Below, one piece after another: positions 10,177 through 21,102 of a DNA stretch of 64,000 nt. Every line of letters starts with the position of its first letter. The first letter of the stretch is position 1. The position numbers and the translations under genes were made by a program. The notes under the pieces are model-generated. The model saw only the letters and a list, made by a program, of their open reading frames with translations, was not told the origin of the DNA and did not search any database. Source of the DNA: Pirellulales bacterium. Lineage in GTDB: Bacteria > Planctomycetota > Planctomycetia > Pirellulales > PALSA-1355. The DNA lies in NCBI GenBank assembly GCA_963733035.1, contig CAVTBU010000006.1:896001-960000 (forward strand), written 5' to 3'.

Positions 10177-11053
10177 CTACTTGCCGGCCAATTGTTTGTC
10201 GAACCAGTCGGCGATGACCGCGACTTCTTCGTGGATGGTGGGCCAGGGGTGGCCGCCTCCCGGCTTGACGATCAGGTTGCAGTAGACGCCGCAGTCTTCG
10301 AGGGACTTTTTGAGCATCTCGGATTGCTCGAGCGGCACCAGCGGGTCTTTGTCGCCGTGAATGATCAGGAACGGCGGGGCCTTTTCGGTGGCCAGCAGCG
10401 CGGGGCTGATTGCCTTGAGCGCATCGATCAACTTGGCCGACTCGGATGGCGCGTTACCGTTGGGATAGACCAAGGACTTGACCAGTGCGAAACGTTCCGG
10501 CGGCGATTCTTCGTCGATTTCCATGCCGCGGTAGTTGAGGAAGTTCGTCGGCGGAAAAAACACGCCCACCGCCGCGACCTTCGACTTGTCGTCGGCCGTC
10601 ACCGCAACCAGCGAGGCCAAATGGCCGCCAGCCGACTGCGCCGGCCAGCCCGAGCTTGTTCGGATCGATCTTGTATTCGTCGGCATGGTCCTTGACCCAG
10701 GCGATGCCCTGTTTGACGTGGTCGGCCATTTCAGACAGGGAGAATTTGGTTCGGGAACCCGGGCGCACGCCGAACACCGTGTAGCCTCGGCCGCAGAAGA
10801 TGTCATACATCTGTGCCCGGCGGTGATCCTCGATCTTGCCACGGTCCGAATACCAGGCACCGCTGATGACATCCACAATTGCCAGCCCGTTGGACGGCCC
10901 GGTCGGCGTAAAGATGTCCATCACCAGGCCCACGCCGTCGGTCTCGGCGTAAACGACGTTCATGGTTTGCTTGTAGGGCCGATCGTCGGCCAGGGTCCAT
11001 TGGCTGGTGGCCACGCAGCACAACAGGGCCAGGCAGAAAGTTCGTCGAAGCAT
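10177..11053 (-). CDS. Secreted alpha/beta hydrolase (esterase/lipase); apparent extra base near 10637
   Basis: N-part in ORF 10454-11134 and C-part in ORF 10177-10878 join at LGLAGA/SAGGHL; IHGDKD and GGGH motifs; paralog at 21103-22074. Confidence 0.8.
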
Positions 11054-11084
11054 AGCGGCAGGTTTCCTTGAGTTGGTTGGAAAG

Positions 11085-13223
11085 TTATTGGTCGTTGCGA
11101 TAGATGACGGCCTTCGATTCAGCGTGTTCGACAAGTTCCGGCTTGTTGAGGAAGTAAGTCGGTTTCATCGTCCCTTTGCTGAACAAGCGCCGAGCCTGGT
11201 CGTCGTAGTGCGTGCTGCCCGCGTGATCGCTTTCACCCAGCGGCAGCACGGTCCACGATTGCGGCGGGTTGGTGAGCAGCACAATTTGCGTTGACGTTTG
11301 TCCGCCGCGGCCGAGGAACTGCTTCGTACCCTCGATCGGGTCGAAGCTGATAGCCCGCGGCGTGGCGATGTGGTCGACCGATCCGCCGCTGACCGGCCAG
11401 GTCTTGTCGGTTCCGCGGCGTCCGGCGCGATACACCTCACCGTAGGCGACGTCGAAGCGGCCGAAGTCTTCCTGCAACTTTTTGGCTGCCTCGCGAAGTT
11501 TTTCGATCACGATTTCATCGGTGATCGTGGCCGGCGGGGCCATTCCGAGGCGATCGGCCAGACGGATTTCGCTGCCGAAGGCCTGCTTCCAGTATTTGTA
11601 GGCGATGGCGCCGGTGTTTTCGGCCTCGCAGCGGCGGCTCCAGTTGACGATTAGCTCGTACAGTTTGGTGAGCTGCGCGTCTTGTTTCACGTCGGCGCTG
11701 GCGGTCGACCAGGCGCTGCGTAGCCGAACTTGCCACGAATCGGCGCCGAACACCGAAGGGCTGAAAGCAATGTCGATCGCTTCGTCGATCGTCATGTCCT
11801 TTTCGCCATGCAACAGGTCGACGCACATCGCGGCTCGCTGGTGCAAGGGATTGTCATACGCTTGCTCGAGGCTCGTAAACCCGTTGAACAGGTACGGCGC
11901 CTCGGGCGACGGTCTCAGCGGCGACTCCTTCATCAGAAACTGCGGGCTGACGTTGCAGTTTTGCATGTAGCCTTGCGGCGGATTGGTGATCTGCACCAGA
12001 TCTTCAAACGGATGGATCCCCTGCCATTCGGCTTTCGACGTGTTGCCGGGCATGGCCCGTTTGTAGTCGAAGCCCTCGGGGCGAACGGGCACACGGCCGA
12101 CGCGGACGTAGTAGATGTCTCCGTCGACGGTGCCGACCATCACGTTTTGCATCATCAGCTGCTGCATGGCCAGCGCCTGCTTCATTTCGTCCAGGTTTTT
12201 GGCGATGCACATCTTGTAGGTCTGATCCATCAGTCCCACCTGGTCGGCGTAGGGAATTCGAAACACGTAGGCCTTGCCGTCCTTATGCGCGACGACCGGT
12301 CCGTGCTGCGTGCGCTCGATCTCGACTTTCTTTTCCTCGAAGCCATCGGCGGTTTTGACGCGAATCACTTCGGTGTCGATGTCCATGTCGAGCCACTTGT
12401 CGTCATAGCGATATTGATGCGGATTCTCGGGGTTCAATTCTTCTTCGTAGACGTCGGACGTATCCGGCCCGCCGGTGGTCATGGCGATCGAGCAATAGCG
12501 GCTATGACCGAGCGCCGGCAGCGGCTGCCCCAGAATGCACATGCCCGAGAAGGCGATTTCTCCACCGTACAGGCGGACTTCGTAAAACCGAAACGCGCCG
12601 TACCAACTCAAGTGTGGGTCGATGAGCGCGATGGGAGCGTTGTAAGCGGTTCGCTTGGGAGCTACGAGCCATTCGTTCGAACCGTGATAGTCGACCGGAT
12701 CTGGCTTGATGCCGATCCGCTGGAGGTCGTCGGCCGCCTCGCCCTCGGGCCAACCCCAGATGATGTAGCGACCCAGGGCCACGCACATCCAAGGTTCGAG
12801 TTCCGGAGCCCAATCGGGCACTTCGGAGGGATGTTCTTGCATGTAGAGTTTGACGCCGTTCTGGTAGGCCTCGATGAGCGAACGGCTCTTGGGATCGATC
12901 GAGTTGTACTTTTCCTTTGCGATCTTGGCGTGTTGCCAGAGACGCTGCCGGTAGTCATCGTGCACGAAGTCGGGACCAAAGGCTTCGCTCATGCGGCCGG
13001 TGCAACGCAGGTACTGCTTGAGCAGTTCTTCGAGCCGGTCGGCGGCTTGGGCATAGCCGTTGCCGAAGCAGGCCCCTTCGGCGGTGGTGGCAAAGACGTG
13101 CGGTGTGCCGAAGTCATCGCGGTAAATCGTGACTTCCTCGCGCGCTGCGGCGACCGTTGCAAAAACTGTAAGTAGGCAAACGACCGCCAAGAGCGGACGA
13201 CAAACACTCGATCGATGGAGCAT
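11085..13223 (-). CDS. Penicillin acylase family protein (peptidase S45, Ntn hydrolase)
   Basis: IYRDDFGTPHV, autoprocessing site GSNEW, DPHL motif; signal peptide. Confidence 0.92.
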   Translation of the reverse strand: MLHRSSVCRPLLAVVCLLTVFATVAAAREEVTIYRDDFGTPHVFATTAEGACFGNGYAQAADRLEELLKQYLRCTGRMSEAFGPDFVHDDYRQRLWQHAKIAKEKYNSIDPKSRSLIEAYQNGVKLYMQEHPSEVPDWAPELEPWMCVALGRYIIWGWPEGEAADDLQRIGIKPDPVDYHGSNEWLVAPKRTAYNAPIALIDPHLSWYGAFRFYEVRLYGGEIAFSGMCILGQPLPALGHSRYCSIAMTTGGPDTSDVYEEELNPENPHQYRYDDKWLDMDIDTEVIRVKTADGFEEKKVEIERTQHGPVVAHKDGKAYVFRIPYADQVGLMDQTYKMCIAKNLDEMKQALAMQQLMMQNVMVGTVDGDIYYVRVGRVPVRPEGFDYKRAMPGNTSKAEWQGIHPFEDLVQITNPPQGYMQNCNVSPQFLMKESPLRPSPEAPYLFNGFTSLEQAYDNPLHQRAAMCVDLLHGEKDMTIDEAIDIAFSPSVFGADSWQVRLRSAWSTASADVKQDAQLTKLYELIVNWSRRCEAENTGAIAYKYWKQAFGSEIRLADRLGMAPPATITDEIVIEKLREAAKKLQEDFGRFDVAYGEVYRAGRRGTDKTWPVSGGSVDHIATPRAISFDPIEGTKQFLGRGGQTSTQIVLLTNPPQSWTVLPLGESDHAGSTHYDDQARRLFSKGTMKPTYFLNKPELVEHAESKAVIYRNDQ

Positions 13224-13884
13224 GACGACGACTCCCCCTGGAAAAATAGAAAGCAAGCGCCCCCGCGTGCCGCCAGCGGCACAACGTCCCCGCAGAAAGC
13301 AAAGCATGGCAGGTTAGGGGACTTGAGCGATTGTAATCGCGCGCCGCGAGGATGTAAAAGCAGCGCAGCCGCGGCCAGAAGATGAGGCCCCATGGACAAC
13401 ACGGGGCGAGAAGTTAGCCGCAAAACCGAAGGGAGCGACCCGGCAAGGGCCCTTATTCCTTCAGATTGGCCGGAGGAGCGGGAGCCGGCTTGGGGGCCGT
13501 CCACAGGTCGAGGGCCAACAGGAGACCGGAAAACACAAAAACGCCCAGCAGGAGGTCCATGATCGTCAAGGCAACTATTAGGGTTCTGTTCCGAATGCGG
13601 CTTTAACATACCGTTCGGCGGAATTCTCGCAAGGTTAGTTGCCGGGGCAAGGTAGGCGGGTCACAAGGTTTCGACGTGAATTATGCTGGCAGACCTTCGG
13701 ATTCGGGCACAGACGGTGAGTTTTGCCCCGTTCTGGCAGCCAAATGATGGTGGATTCCGGGCCAACGGCTGCGATATAACTTTTTAGTGGGCCTTTCCGC
13801 GTATCCGCGGGAACATCCCGCGCGGAGCGAACGTCGCGCGCGGGCCACTGCCACGTCGCCAATAGCAAAACAGGTGACGATTCG

Positions 13885-15309
13885 ATGCTGTCAATCTTCG
13901 CCAGTGAAGCCGAATCTCGACCGCAGCGCTGCTCGCGGCGAGAGCTACTACGAGCCGGGGGCTTGAGCCTGCTTGGGCTTTCGAGCCTCGACCTGGCGGC
14001 GCTCCGTGCCGCGGCTTCGAGTGGCGACCCTGGGCGACGGGCTAATTCCTGCATTTTCATCTTTCTGTTTGGCGGGCCCAGCCATATCGACTTGTGGGAC
14101 ATGAAGCCCGACGCTCCGGCCGAAATTCGGGGCGAATTCCGGCCGATCGAAACCAAGGTGCCGGGCATTCGGATCTGCGAGCACTTGCCGCTGTTGGCCG
14201 GTCAAATGGACAAGTTGTGCCTGCTGCGTTCAATGGAACATCGGATGCCCGTGCACGGCCCGGCGTGTAGCGAGATGTTCTCGGGCCGGCCGTATTTTGG
14301 TCCGCCGGTAACGGATCAAGCGCGGTCGGAGGACTGGCCGTCGCTGTCGTCGCTTGCGATGCGATTTGTCGAGCAGCAGGCCGGACTGCCGCCGGCCGTA
14401 GTGTTGCCATGGTATCTGCAGTTTGCCGGACAGGATAAACGTATTGCCGGACAAACGGGCGGGCGAATGGGCGACCGGCACAACCCGTTCCTGGTGCAGG
14501 GCGACCCCAGCGCTAAGAACTTCGAGGTGCAAGGAATTCAACTGGCGGACGACGTACCTGCCGATCGCATCGCCGCCCGCCGGGATTTGTTGCTCCAATT
14601 GGGAAGGTCGATGTCGCCGGGGTGGGTTGCCGAGCCGAGCGTGGAGCGTTTCAGTCAGCACGTCGACACGGCGTTTTCTCTGCTGGGCGACATGCGTGCC
14701 AGCAACGCGTTTGCAGTCGATCGGGAGCGGCCTGCCTTGCGCGAGCGATACGGCGATACCAAGTTTGGTCAAAGTTTGTTGCTGGCGCGGCGGTTGGTGG
14801 AGGCCGGAGTTTCGCTGGTGACTGTCAATTGGGACGACGAAACGCGAACCGACAAGGTTTCGCCGTTTTGGGATACCCACAATCATAACTTTGCTTCGCT
14901 CAAAGGGCGATTGGCGCCAAGTTTCGATCAAAGTTTTTCGGCCCTGCTGGCGGATCTGGCAGAGCGGGGCCTGTTGGAATCAACGCTGGTGGTTGTGACG
15001 GGGGAATTTGGCCGCACTCCCAAGATTGGTCAAATCGTGCAAAACGGCATGACCGAGAAGACGGGTCGCGATCATTGGCCCCATGCCTTTACCGTCTTGC
15101 TGGCCGGGGGCGGCGTCCGCGGCGGTGTGGCGTACGGTGCCACTAATAAAATAGGGGCATTTGTGCAGGATCGTCCCGTCTCGCCGGCCGATCTGTCGGC
15201 CACGATCCTTCATCATTTGGGGGTCGATTTTAAGGCAAATTATCACGACGAGTTCCAGCAGGTGCCGCAGCGCCTGAGTATCGGCCAGGTAATCCCCGAT
15301 CTCGGCTGA
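13885..15309 (+). CDS. DUF1501 domain protein
   Basis: GGPSHIDLWDMKPDAP, WDTH, GEFGRTPKI, GRDHWP motifs. Confidence 0.92.
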   Translation: MLSIFASEAESRPQRCSRRELLRAGGLSLLGLSSLDLAALRAAASSGDPGRRANSCIFIFLFGGPSHIDLWDMKPDAPAEIRGEFRPIETKVPGIRICEHLPLLAGQMDKLCLLRSMEHRMPVHGPACSEMFSGRPYFGPPVTDQARSEDWPSLSSLAMRFVEQQAGLPPAVVLPWYLQFAGQDKRIAGQTGGRMGDRHNPFLVQGDPSAKNFEVQGIQLADDVPADRIAARRDLLLQLGRSMSPGWVAEPSVERFSQHVDTAFSLLGDMRASNAFAVDRERPALRERYGDTKFGQSLLLARRLVEAGVSLVTVNWDDETRTDKVSPFWDTHNHNFASLKGRLAPSFDQSFSALLADLAERGLLESTLVVVTGEFGRTPKIGQIVQNGMTEKTGRDHWPHAFTVLLAGGGVRGGVAYGATNKIGAFVQDRPVSPADLSATILHHLGVDFKANYHDEFQQVPQRLSIGQVIPDLG

Positions 15310-15606
15310 TCCGTCTACGGGCCCACCCATCTTTCGCGGGTCAAGATTTGCCCGGCCCCGACGAAATAGATGTGCGGAACATTCGGCACGCGATGTCTCG
15401 AATACGTTGATGGCCCCCTAATCGGTGCGCAGGTGACGTGGCCGCGCGCGAGGGGGGGAATCTGGGAAGCAACGAAGAGAAGTCGATTGACACGCTCGGA
15501 TAGCAATGAGAAAGTGATCTTTAGGGGGCCGTTGGTGCCATCCTTGGTGTCGAGTAGCCCATCTTACCCCCGCCATCCGGTTAGCCGCCGCGAGAGGGCC
15601 ATTGTC

Positions 15607-17286
15607 ATGGCGACCCTCGAAGTCTGCACCGGTACCGGCGGACGCGAGTTCCATGAACTGACGTCCGACGAGATGCTGGTCGGACGCGACCAATTCTGCG
15701 ACATCGTCTTGCGCAACCACACGGTTTCGCGGCAACATGCCCGAATCGTGCGGGCGGCTGACGGTGTTTACATCGAGGACCTTTCGAGTCTCAACGGCAC
15801 CTATCTCAATGGCCGCCGGCTGGAGGGCCGCACGCAGTTGCAGGATCAGGATCGTGTTCACTTCTATGAAGTCGTTACGATCTTTCACTCGGGCGATCCT
15901 CCGCCCCGCGACGAACAAGATGAATTGAACGAGACGCTGGCCGATGTGCCATTGGCCGAGGAAGACCAGCGCACGCTGACGGCAAGCGAGCATTTGCTCG
16001 CGCCGGCCGCGGCCCAAACGGCGTCAAACGACGCCGGTGTGCAGGCGCGATTTCGTGCCGCGCTCAAGATCTCCACCGATCTGCAGGGGGAACTCGATCT
16101 CGAACGCGTGCTACCCAAGATTTTGGACAGCTTGTTCGACATCTTTCCACAGGCAGCGCGCGGGTACATCTTGCTGGAGGAAGGGACTGACGGACACCTG
16201 GTTCCGCGCACGATCAAGCATCGCAAGAGCGAAAGCGGCCACAGCATGACCTTCGGTCCGATTAGCCGCAAAATGGCGTTGCATGTGATGAGCACTGCGC
16301 AGCCGATCCTGATGGACGACGCCGCGGCCGATCCGGCGGAAATGAATCAGTCGGTATTCGACGTCCAAAGTTTGTCGATGATTTGTGCGCCGCTGATGGG
16401 ACCCTCGCATCGGCCGCTCGGCATTGTGTATCTCGACACGACCGATGCACGGCGCCGATTCACGCAGGCCGATCTGGACGTGCTGGGCAGCGTCGCCACG
16501 ATTGCCGCTCAAGGGGTTGAAGCCGCCGGCGCACACCAAACGGCGTTCGACACCAGCACCTATCAGCGGCAACTCGGCACCGCCAAGCAGGTCCAGTTGC
16601 AGTTTCTTCCGCAGAGCCGTCCCGAATTGCCGGGCTACCGGTTCTACGACTATTACCAGTCGGCCGACGAGGTGGGAGGCGATTACTTCGGGTACATTCC
16701 GCTGGCCGATGGTCGGTTGGCCTTGGCAATTGGCGACGTGGCCGGCAAGGGCGTTTCGGCCGCTTTGCTGATGGCCCATTTTTGCTCCGAGGTTCGTTAT
16801 TGCCTGGCCACCTGCGCGACACCGGCCGCCGCTGTCGAGCAACTCAACCAGGACCTCTCGTCCGAGATGCTCAACTACCACTTTGTCACGTTCGCGCTCT
16901 GTGTGCTCGATCCGACGGCCCACAAGCTGACGGTTGTGAACGCCGGTCACTTGCCACCGCTATTGCGCCGCAATGGTACGCTGGAAACCATTGGCGGCAC
17001 GGAAAGTGGTCTTCCGCTCGGATGCGATCCGGAGCGAACGTATGCGCAGGTTGAGATGACTCTCGACCCGGGCGATGCGATCTTGCTCTATACGGATGGG
17101 ATTCCCGACGCCATGGACTCGAGCGGCGAAGTATACGGCAGCCAACGCATGCGCCAGGCGCTGCTCGACGCCCCGGTCGACGTGGAGCAACTCGGCAACT
17201 CGCTGTTGGACGACGTGCGCCAATTCATCCGCGGTCGTTTGCAGAGCGACGACATCTGTATGGTGTGCTTCGCCCGTGAGGCCTAA
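15607..17286 (+). CDS. FHA-GAF-SpoIIE (PP2C-type) phosphatase
   Basis: FHA VGR...VSRQHA...SLNGT; GAF SMICAPL; PP2C VGGDYF, GDVAGKG, LYTDG, DDI. Confidence 0.9.
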   Translation: MATLEVCTGTGGREFHELTSDEMLVGRDQFCDIVLRNHTVSRQHARIVRAADGVYIEDLSSLNGTYLNGRRLEGRTQLQDQDRVHFYEVVTIFHSGDPPPRDEQDELNETLADVPLAEEDQRTLTASEHLLAPAAAQTASNDAGVQARFRAALKISTDLQGELDLERVLPKILDSLFDIFPQAARGYILLEEGTDGHLVPRTIKHRKSESGHSMTFGPISRKMALHVMSTAQPILMDDAAADPAEMNQSVFDVQSLSMICAPLMGPSHRPLGIVYLDTTDARRRFTQADLDVLGSVATIAAQGVEAAGAHQTAFDTSTYQRQLGTAKQVQLQFLPQSRPELPGYRFYDYYQSADEVGGDYFGYIPLADGRLALAIGDVAGKGVSAALLMAHFCSEVRYCLATCATPAAAVEQLNQDLSSEMLNYHFVTFALCVLDPTAHKLTVVNAGHLPPLLRRNGTLETIGGTESGLPLGCDPERTYAQVEMTLDPGDAILLYTDGIPDAMDSSGEVYGSQRMRQALLDAPVDVEQLGNSLLDDVRQFIRGRLQSDDICMVCFAREA

Positions 17287-17391
17287 ATTGGCCCGTCGCG
17301 TGGCTGGAGCCGGTCTTTTCGGTAGATCCGGAAATGAGGACATAAGTTATTTATTTGTAATAGCTTGCGTGTAATTTCTCGGGCCAAAAAT

Positions 17392-17421
17392 TTGACAAGG
17401 CGTGGTCCGCGAGGCTAGATT
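17392..17421 (+). promoter_or_regulatory. Sigma70-like promoter upstream of the hemerythrin-like gene
   Basis: TTGACA-18 nt-TAGATT with an AT-rich upstream tract. Confidence 0.55.
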
Positions 17422-17637
17422 TACCCTGCAATCATTTCTGTGATGGTTTCCATTCTCAAGTTTCGCACCTTTTGATCGTTTGACAGTCTCTTGCGTGTCG
17501 GTGCTGCGCTTCGAATGAACTCAGCGCCTGACAGTTGCCGTGTGGTTGCGCATGGAGGTTGGCGCCGCGGTGAACGCGAAAGTCAGCTGATAGGTTGTTT
17601 CGGGGGCATTGGCCGCCAGTTTCCGCAGGAGGGCGAT

Positions 17638-18114
17638 ATGGCAATTGCACTACGCACGGTCTCGATCAATCCAGCGTTCCTTCGGGAAATCAAGGAAGAC
17701 CATCATGAGCTGCGGCAGTTGATGCATCACAGCTCGGCGATGCTCGACCGGTCTGGTCCAGAAGAGATCGAGTACGCGCGACTTGTTGAAATGTTCAGTA
17801 AGCTGCGCGACCAACTGGCCATGCACTTCTCGCTTGAAGAGGCCTACGGCTACTTCGAAGACGCGATTTCGGTTGCCCCTCACTTGAGCCGTCGGGCCGA
17901 CAACTTGCGCGGCCAGCATTTCGACCTGTTCGCCGATCTTTGCCGACTGGTGGAGGGAGCGGAACAGCTCTTGTATCACGAGCAGCCCAAGACGCTGCTG
18001 GCACGGCTGGCCGGAGACTATCGTCGTTTTCTGGTCCGCTTCCGCGAGCATGAGTCGCAGGAATGCGATCTGATCTTGGAAGCCTTTAACGACGACATTG
18101 GGACCGGCGACTAA
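17638..18114 (+). CDS. Hemerythrin-like domain protein
   Basis: EDHHEL, HFSLEE, GQH, HESQE metal-ligand pattern; AGGAGG RBS. Confidence 0.75.
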   Translation: MAIALRTVSINPAFLREIKEDHHELRQLMHHSSAMLDRSGPEEIEYARLVEMFSKLRDQLAMHFSLEEAYGYFEDAISVAPHLSRRADNLRGQHFDLFADLCRLVEGAEQLLYHEQPKTLLARLAGDYRRFLVRFREHESQECDLILEAFNDDIGTGD

Positions 18115-18357
18115 TCGCCTGCCAGGTCATCGTGTTCAGCGCTGCGTTTTAACGAATCGTTGTACACATTCTGACCGGCGTCGAGTTTGGCGGAGGATTC
18201 GTCGGTGGGCTCTTGTCGCGGCAAGGTGGCCCAGACCTAGGGAAAATGTTGCCCAGGATTTTGGCTCGGCGTCGCTACTGGGCGATTTGCAGTTCCTTCG
18301 TGGCGCGACTATCCTGGCGGTGCCAACCTGCCGCATTGCCCACCCGGGAACCACGCC

Positions 18358-19644
18358 ATGCCTGCCCAGTTCGTTTCGCGTCGACAGTTTGTACGTTCGG
18401 CCGCCGCGGCAAGTGCCTTCGGCCCGACCATCTTAACTTCACTCGCGCATGGCAGGGCCGCTGCCAACGAGCGACTGACGCTCGGCATCATCGGTGTGGG
18501 AACCATGGGGCGCGGCCACGTCGGGCGCTTTCTGGGGTATGGCGACGTGCAGATCATCGCCGTGTCGGACGTTGTCGCCGAGCGCCGCGACCATAGTCAG
18601 CAACGCGTCGAGCGGCACTATGGCGAGCAGTCAGGCAAGGGCAGCTACCGCGGATGCAGTGCCCACAATGACTTTCGCGAATTGCTCGCGCTCGATGGCC
18701 TCGACGCCGTGTTGATCGCCACGCCCGACCATTGGCACGTCATTCCGGCGATCCTGGCAGCCCGGGCCAAAAAGGATATCTACTGTGAGAAGCCGCTGAC
18801 GCTCACGATCGGCGAAGGGCGGCGATTGGTCGATGAAGTGCGCGCGGCCAACGTTGTCTTTCAGACCGGCAGCCAACAACGGAGCGAATTTGGCGGCCGC
18901 TTCGAAACGGCAGTCAACCTGGTCCGCAACGGACGGATCGGCAAAGTCAAAACAGTGCGCGTTGGCGTGGGTGGTCCGCCAGTTCCGTGCGACCTGCCGG
19001 AAGAAGAGGTGCCCGAGGGAACGGATTGGAACATGTGGCTGGGGCAGGCCCCGTGGCGCGGCTACAACGAACTCTTGTGTCCCAAGGGGGTCCACAAGCA
19101 CTTTCCGGCATTCCGTAACTATCGCGAATATGCGGGCGGCGGACTGGCGGACATGGGAGCCCATCATTTCGACATCGCTCAATGGGCACTCGGCATGGAT
19201 GCGAGCGGCCCGGTAAAAGTCGAGCCACCCGACGGCGAGGAAACGACGGGTTTGAAGTTCACATACGCCGATGGTGTTGAAATGTTCCACGGCGGGCCAA
19301 GCGGTTGTACGTTCGAGGGGGAGTTGGGAACGCTCTACGTCGATCGCAGCAAACTCGAAAGCACGCCGGAGGCGATTGTCTCGACACCGCTGGAGGAAAA
19401 TGCGCCGCGGATCGAACATTCGACCGATCATGGCCGCAACTGGCTGGAGGCCATCAAGAGCCGCCAGAAGCCGATTTGCGACGTCGAGATTGGCCACCGT
19501 TCGGCGACCGTCTGTCACCTGGCGAATCTCGGCTACCAGTTGCGCCGTCCGCTCACTTGGGACCCCGTGGCGGAACGCTTTGCCGACGATGATGAGGCGA
19601 ACGGACTGCTGAATCGCGAACCGCGCGATCCTTGGAAGATTTAG
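18358..19644 (+). CDS. Gfo/Idh/MocA family oxidoreductase (Tat signal)
   Basis: SRRQFV Tat motif, IIGVGTMG, ATPDHWH, YCEKPL. Confidence 0.93.
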   Translation: MPAQFVSRRQFVRSAAAASAFGPTILTSLAHGRAAANERLTLGIIGVGTMGRGHVGRFLGYGDVQIIAVSDVVAERRDHSQQRVERHYGEQSGKGSYRGCSAHNDFRELLALDGLDAVLIATPDHWHVIPAILAARAKKDIYCEKPLTLTIGEGRRLVDEVRAANVVFQTGSQQRSEFGGRFETAVNLVRNGRIGKVKTVRVGVGGPPVPCDLPEEEVPEGTDWNMWLGQAPWRGYNELLCPKGVHKHFPAFRNYREYAGGGLADMGAHHFDIAQWALGMDASGPVKVEPPDGEETTGLKFTYADGVEMFHGGPSGCTFEGELGTLYVDRSKLESTPEAIVSTPLEENAPRIEHSTDHGRNWLEAIKSRQKPICDVEIGHRSATVCHLANLGYQLRRPLTWDPVAERFADDDEANGLLNREPRDPWKI

Positions 19645-19691
19645 AGTTTTCGCCGTACACGCCATCCGCAACCCACCGGGAGCTACCCACC

Positions 19692-20441
19692 ATGCGTTAC
19701 GTTCCGACCTTCCTGATTTTGGCATCACTGGCCACGTTTTGCCGTGCTGAGGATTTCAAACGCGAGAAGTTTGATGACGCTGGCTTCGTTTCGATCTTCA
19801 ACGGCAAAAACCTCGACGGTTGGCACGTGAGCCCACAAACTGGTCATAGTCGAGCGAGCGGCAATAAGTCGGGCGGTCGCTGGGTGGTCGAAGACGGCGC
19901 GATTATCGGCAGCCAGGACATTCCCAACAACGGCGGGATCGTGCTGACCGACAAGCAATATGGCAACTTCGAAGTCGTGTTGGAGATGAACAACGACTTC
20001 GTGCCCGACAGCGGGTTGTTCCTGCGGAGTACCGAAAAGGGACAGGCCTATCAGTACATGATCGACTATCACCCGTTCGGCAATCTGGCCGGCGTCTACG
20101 GCGAGGGACTTTCCGGCGGGATCAATCGTCTCAACTTCAAGTTCCTCAACAAGGTAACGGATATTCGCGAAGTGCCTGACAAGTTTCCGCTACCCGTGAA
20201 GCCGGCGGTTTGGCCCGACTTCTGGAAACATGGCCAGTGGAACGAACTGCGGGCTCGCATCGAAGGGAATCCGCCGAAGATTACCACCTGGATCAACGGC
20301 GTGCGGTTCATGGAATTCGAGGATACCGAAAAACGGCATCCCGACACCGGCGGCATTGCCCTGCAAGTGCACGGCGGCGGCGGCGACTTGACGGACAAGT
20401 TCGTTCGCTACCGCAACATTCGCGTCAAAGAGCTCAAGTAG
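19692..20441 (+). CDS. DUF1080 (3-keto-disaccharide hydrolase-like) protein
   Basis: IFNGKNLDGW, DSGLFLR, GQWN, GIALQVH, VRYRNIRVKEL. Confidence 0.9.
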   Translation: MRYVPTFLILASLATFCRAEDFKREKFDDAGFVSIFNGKNLDGWHVSPQTGHSRASGNKSGGRWVVEDGAIIGSQDIPNNGGIVLTDKQYGNFEVVLEMNNDFVPDSGLFLRSTEKGQAYQYMIDYHPFGNLAGVYGEGLSGGINRLNFKFLNKVTDIREVPDKFPLPVKPAVWPDFWKHGQWNELRARIEGNPPKITTWINGVRFMEFEDTEKRHPDTGGIALQVHGGGGDLTDKFVRYRNIRVKELK

Positions 20442-20698
20442 CGGCGCGCCGACTTTCGCAACTGGCAGTCAACACGATCACCTTGTTGCGCAAGTGATAC
20501 GCTCTGTCGTCAAACCGAGAGCGCCGACAAAACGTCCTTCGCTTGCCGTCTTCGTTAAAGTGCTGGAAATCAAGTGGTTTTTTTGAATTTCGGCATTTGG
20601 CACACCCCGTGCGTTGGTTCGTGTCAAAAGGGGGACTGACCCAGCGGGCTGCCGATGAGGGCGGCCCGGACACAACGAATGCGAAGGGAGTGGACGTC

Positions 20699-21004
20699 AT
20701 GCGACGCGCGATTGCAGTAGTGGCATGTTTGACGGTTTTGATATTTGCCGGCGCGAGTACGGCGCTGGCGAGAGGACCCCACCACGGCGGTTCAGGATTT
20801 GGCCCTGGCCACCATCACCACCAAGGCCAGCGATGGAACAATTATTACCGCCGTGGGGTGGGGCCCGTCTACTGGCCGCGTTATCCGATAACGACGTACC
20901 CGGTGTACCCGTATCAGACGTACCAGTATCCGTATGTGCCGACGTACCCGCAGCTGGGCTTCGGTTTGGGGGGCCGGAACTTCTCGTTGTGGTTCCAGCA
21001 ATAG
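20699..21004 (+). CDS. Small secreted His/Tyr/Pro-rich protein
   Basis: GGGAG RBS, signal peptide, C-terminal GFGLGGRNFSLWF. Confidence 0.65.
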   Translation: MRRAIAVVACLTVLIFAGASTALARGPHHGGSGFGPGHHHHQGQRWNNYYRRGVGPVYWPRYPITTYPVYPYQTYQYPYVPTYPQLGFGLGGRNFSLWFQQ

Positions 21005-21041
21005 GCTGGCCAGGACGAGCAACTTTGGAAGAGGCAAAAAC

Positions 21042-21075
21042 AAACGCCGGATCGCCTGTCACGATCCGGCGTTTT
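21042..21075. terminator. Bidirectional intrinsic terminator
   Basis: AAACGCCGGATCG-loop-CGATCCGGCGTTTT between convergent genes. Confidence 0.75.
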
Positions 21076-21102
21076 GGTTGTTTGCGCGGCTGATCGTCGG
21101 TC

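Noticed and set aside
10600..10660. Programmed frameshifting at the split genes
   Set aside because: No slippery sequences; the break here falls inside the catalytic GxSxG motif, so sequencing error is more likely
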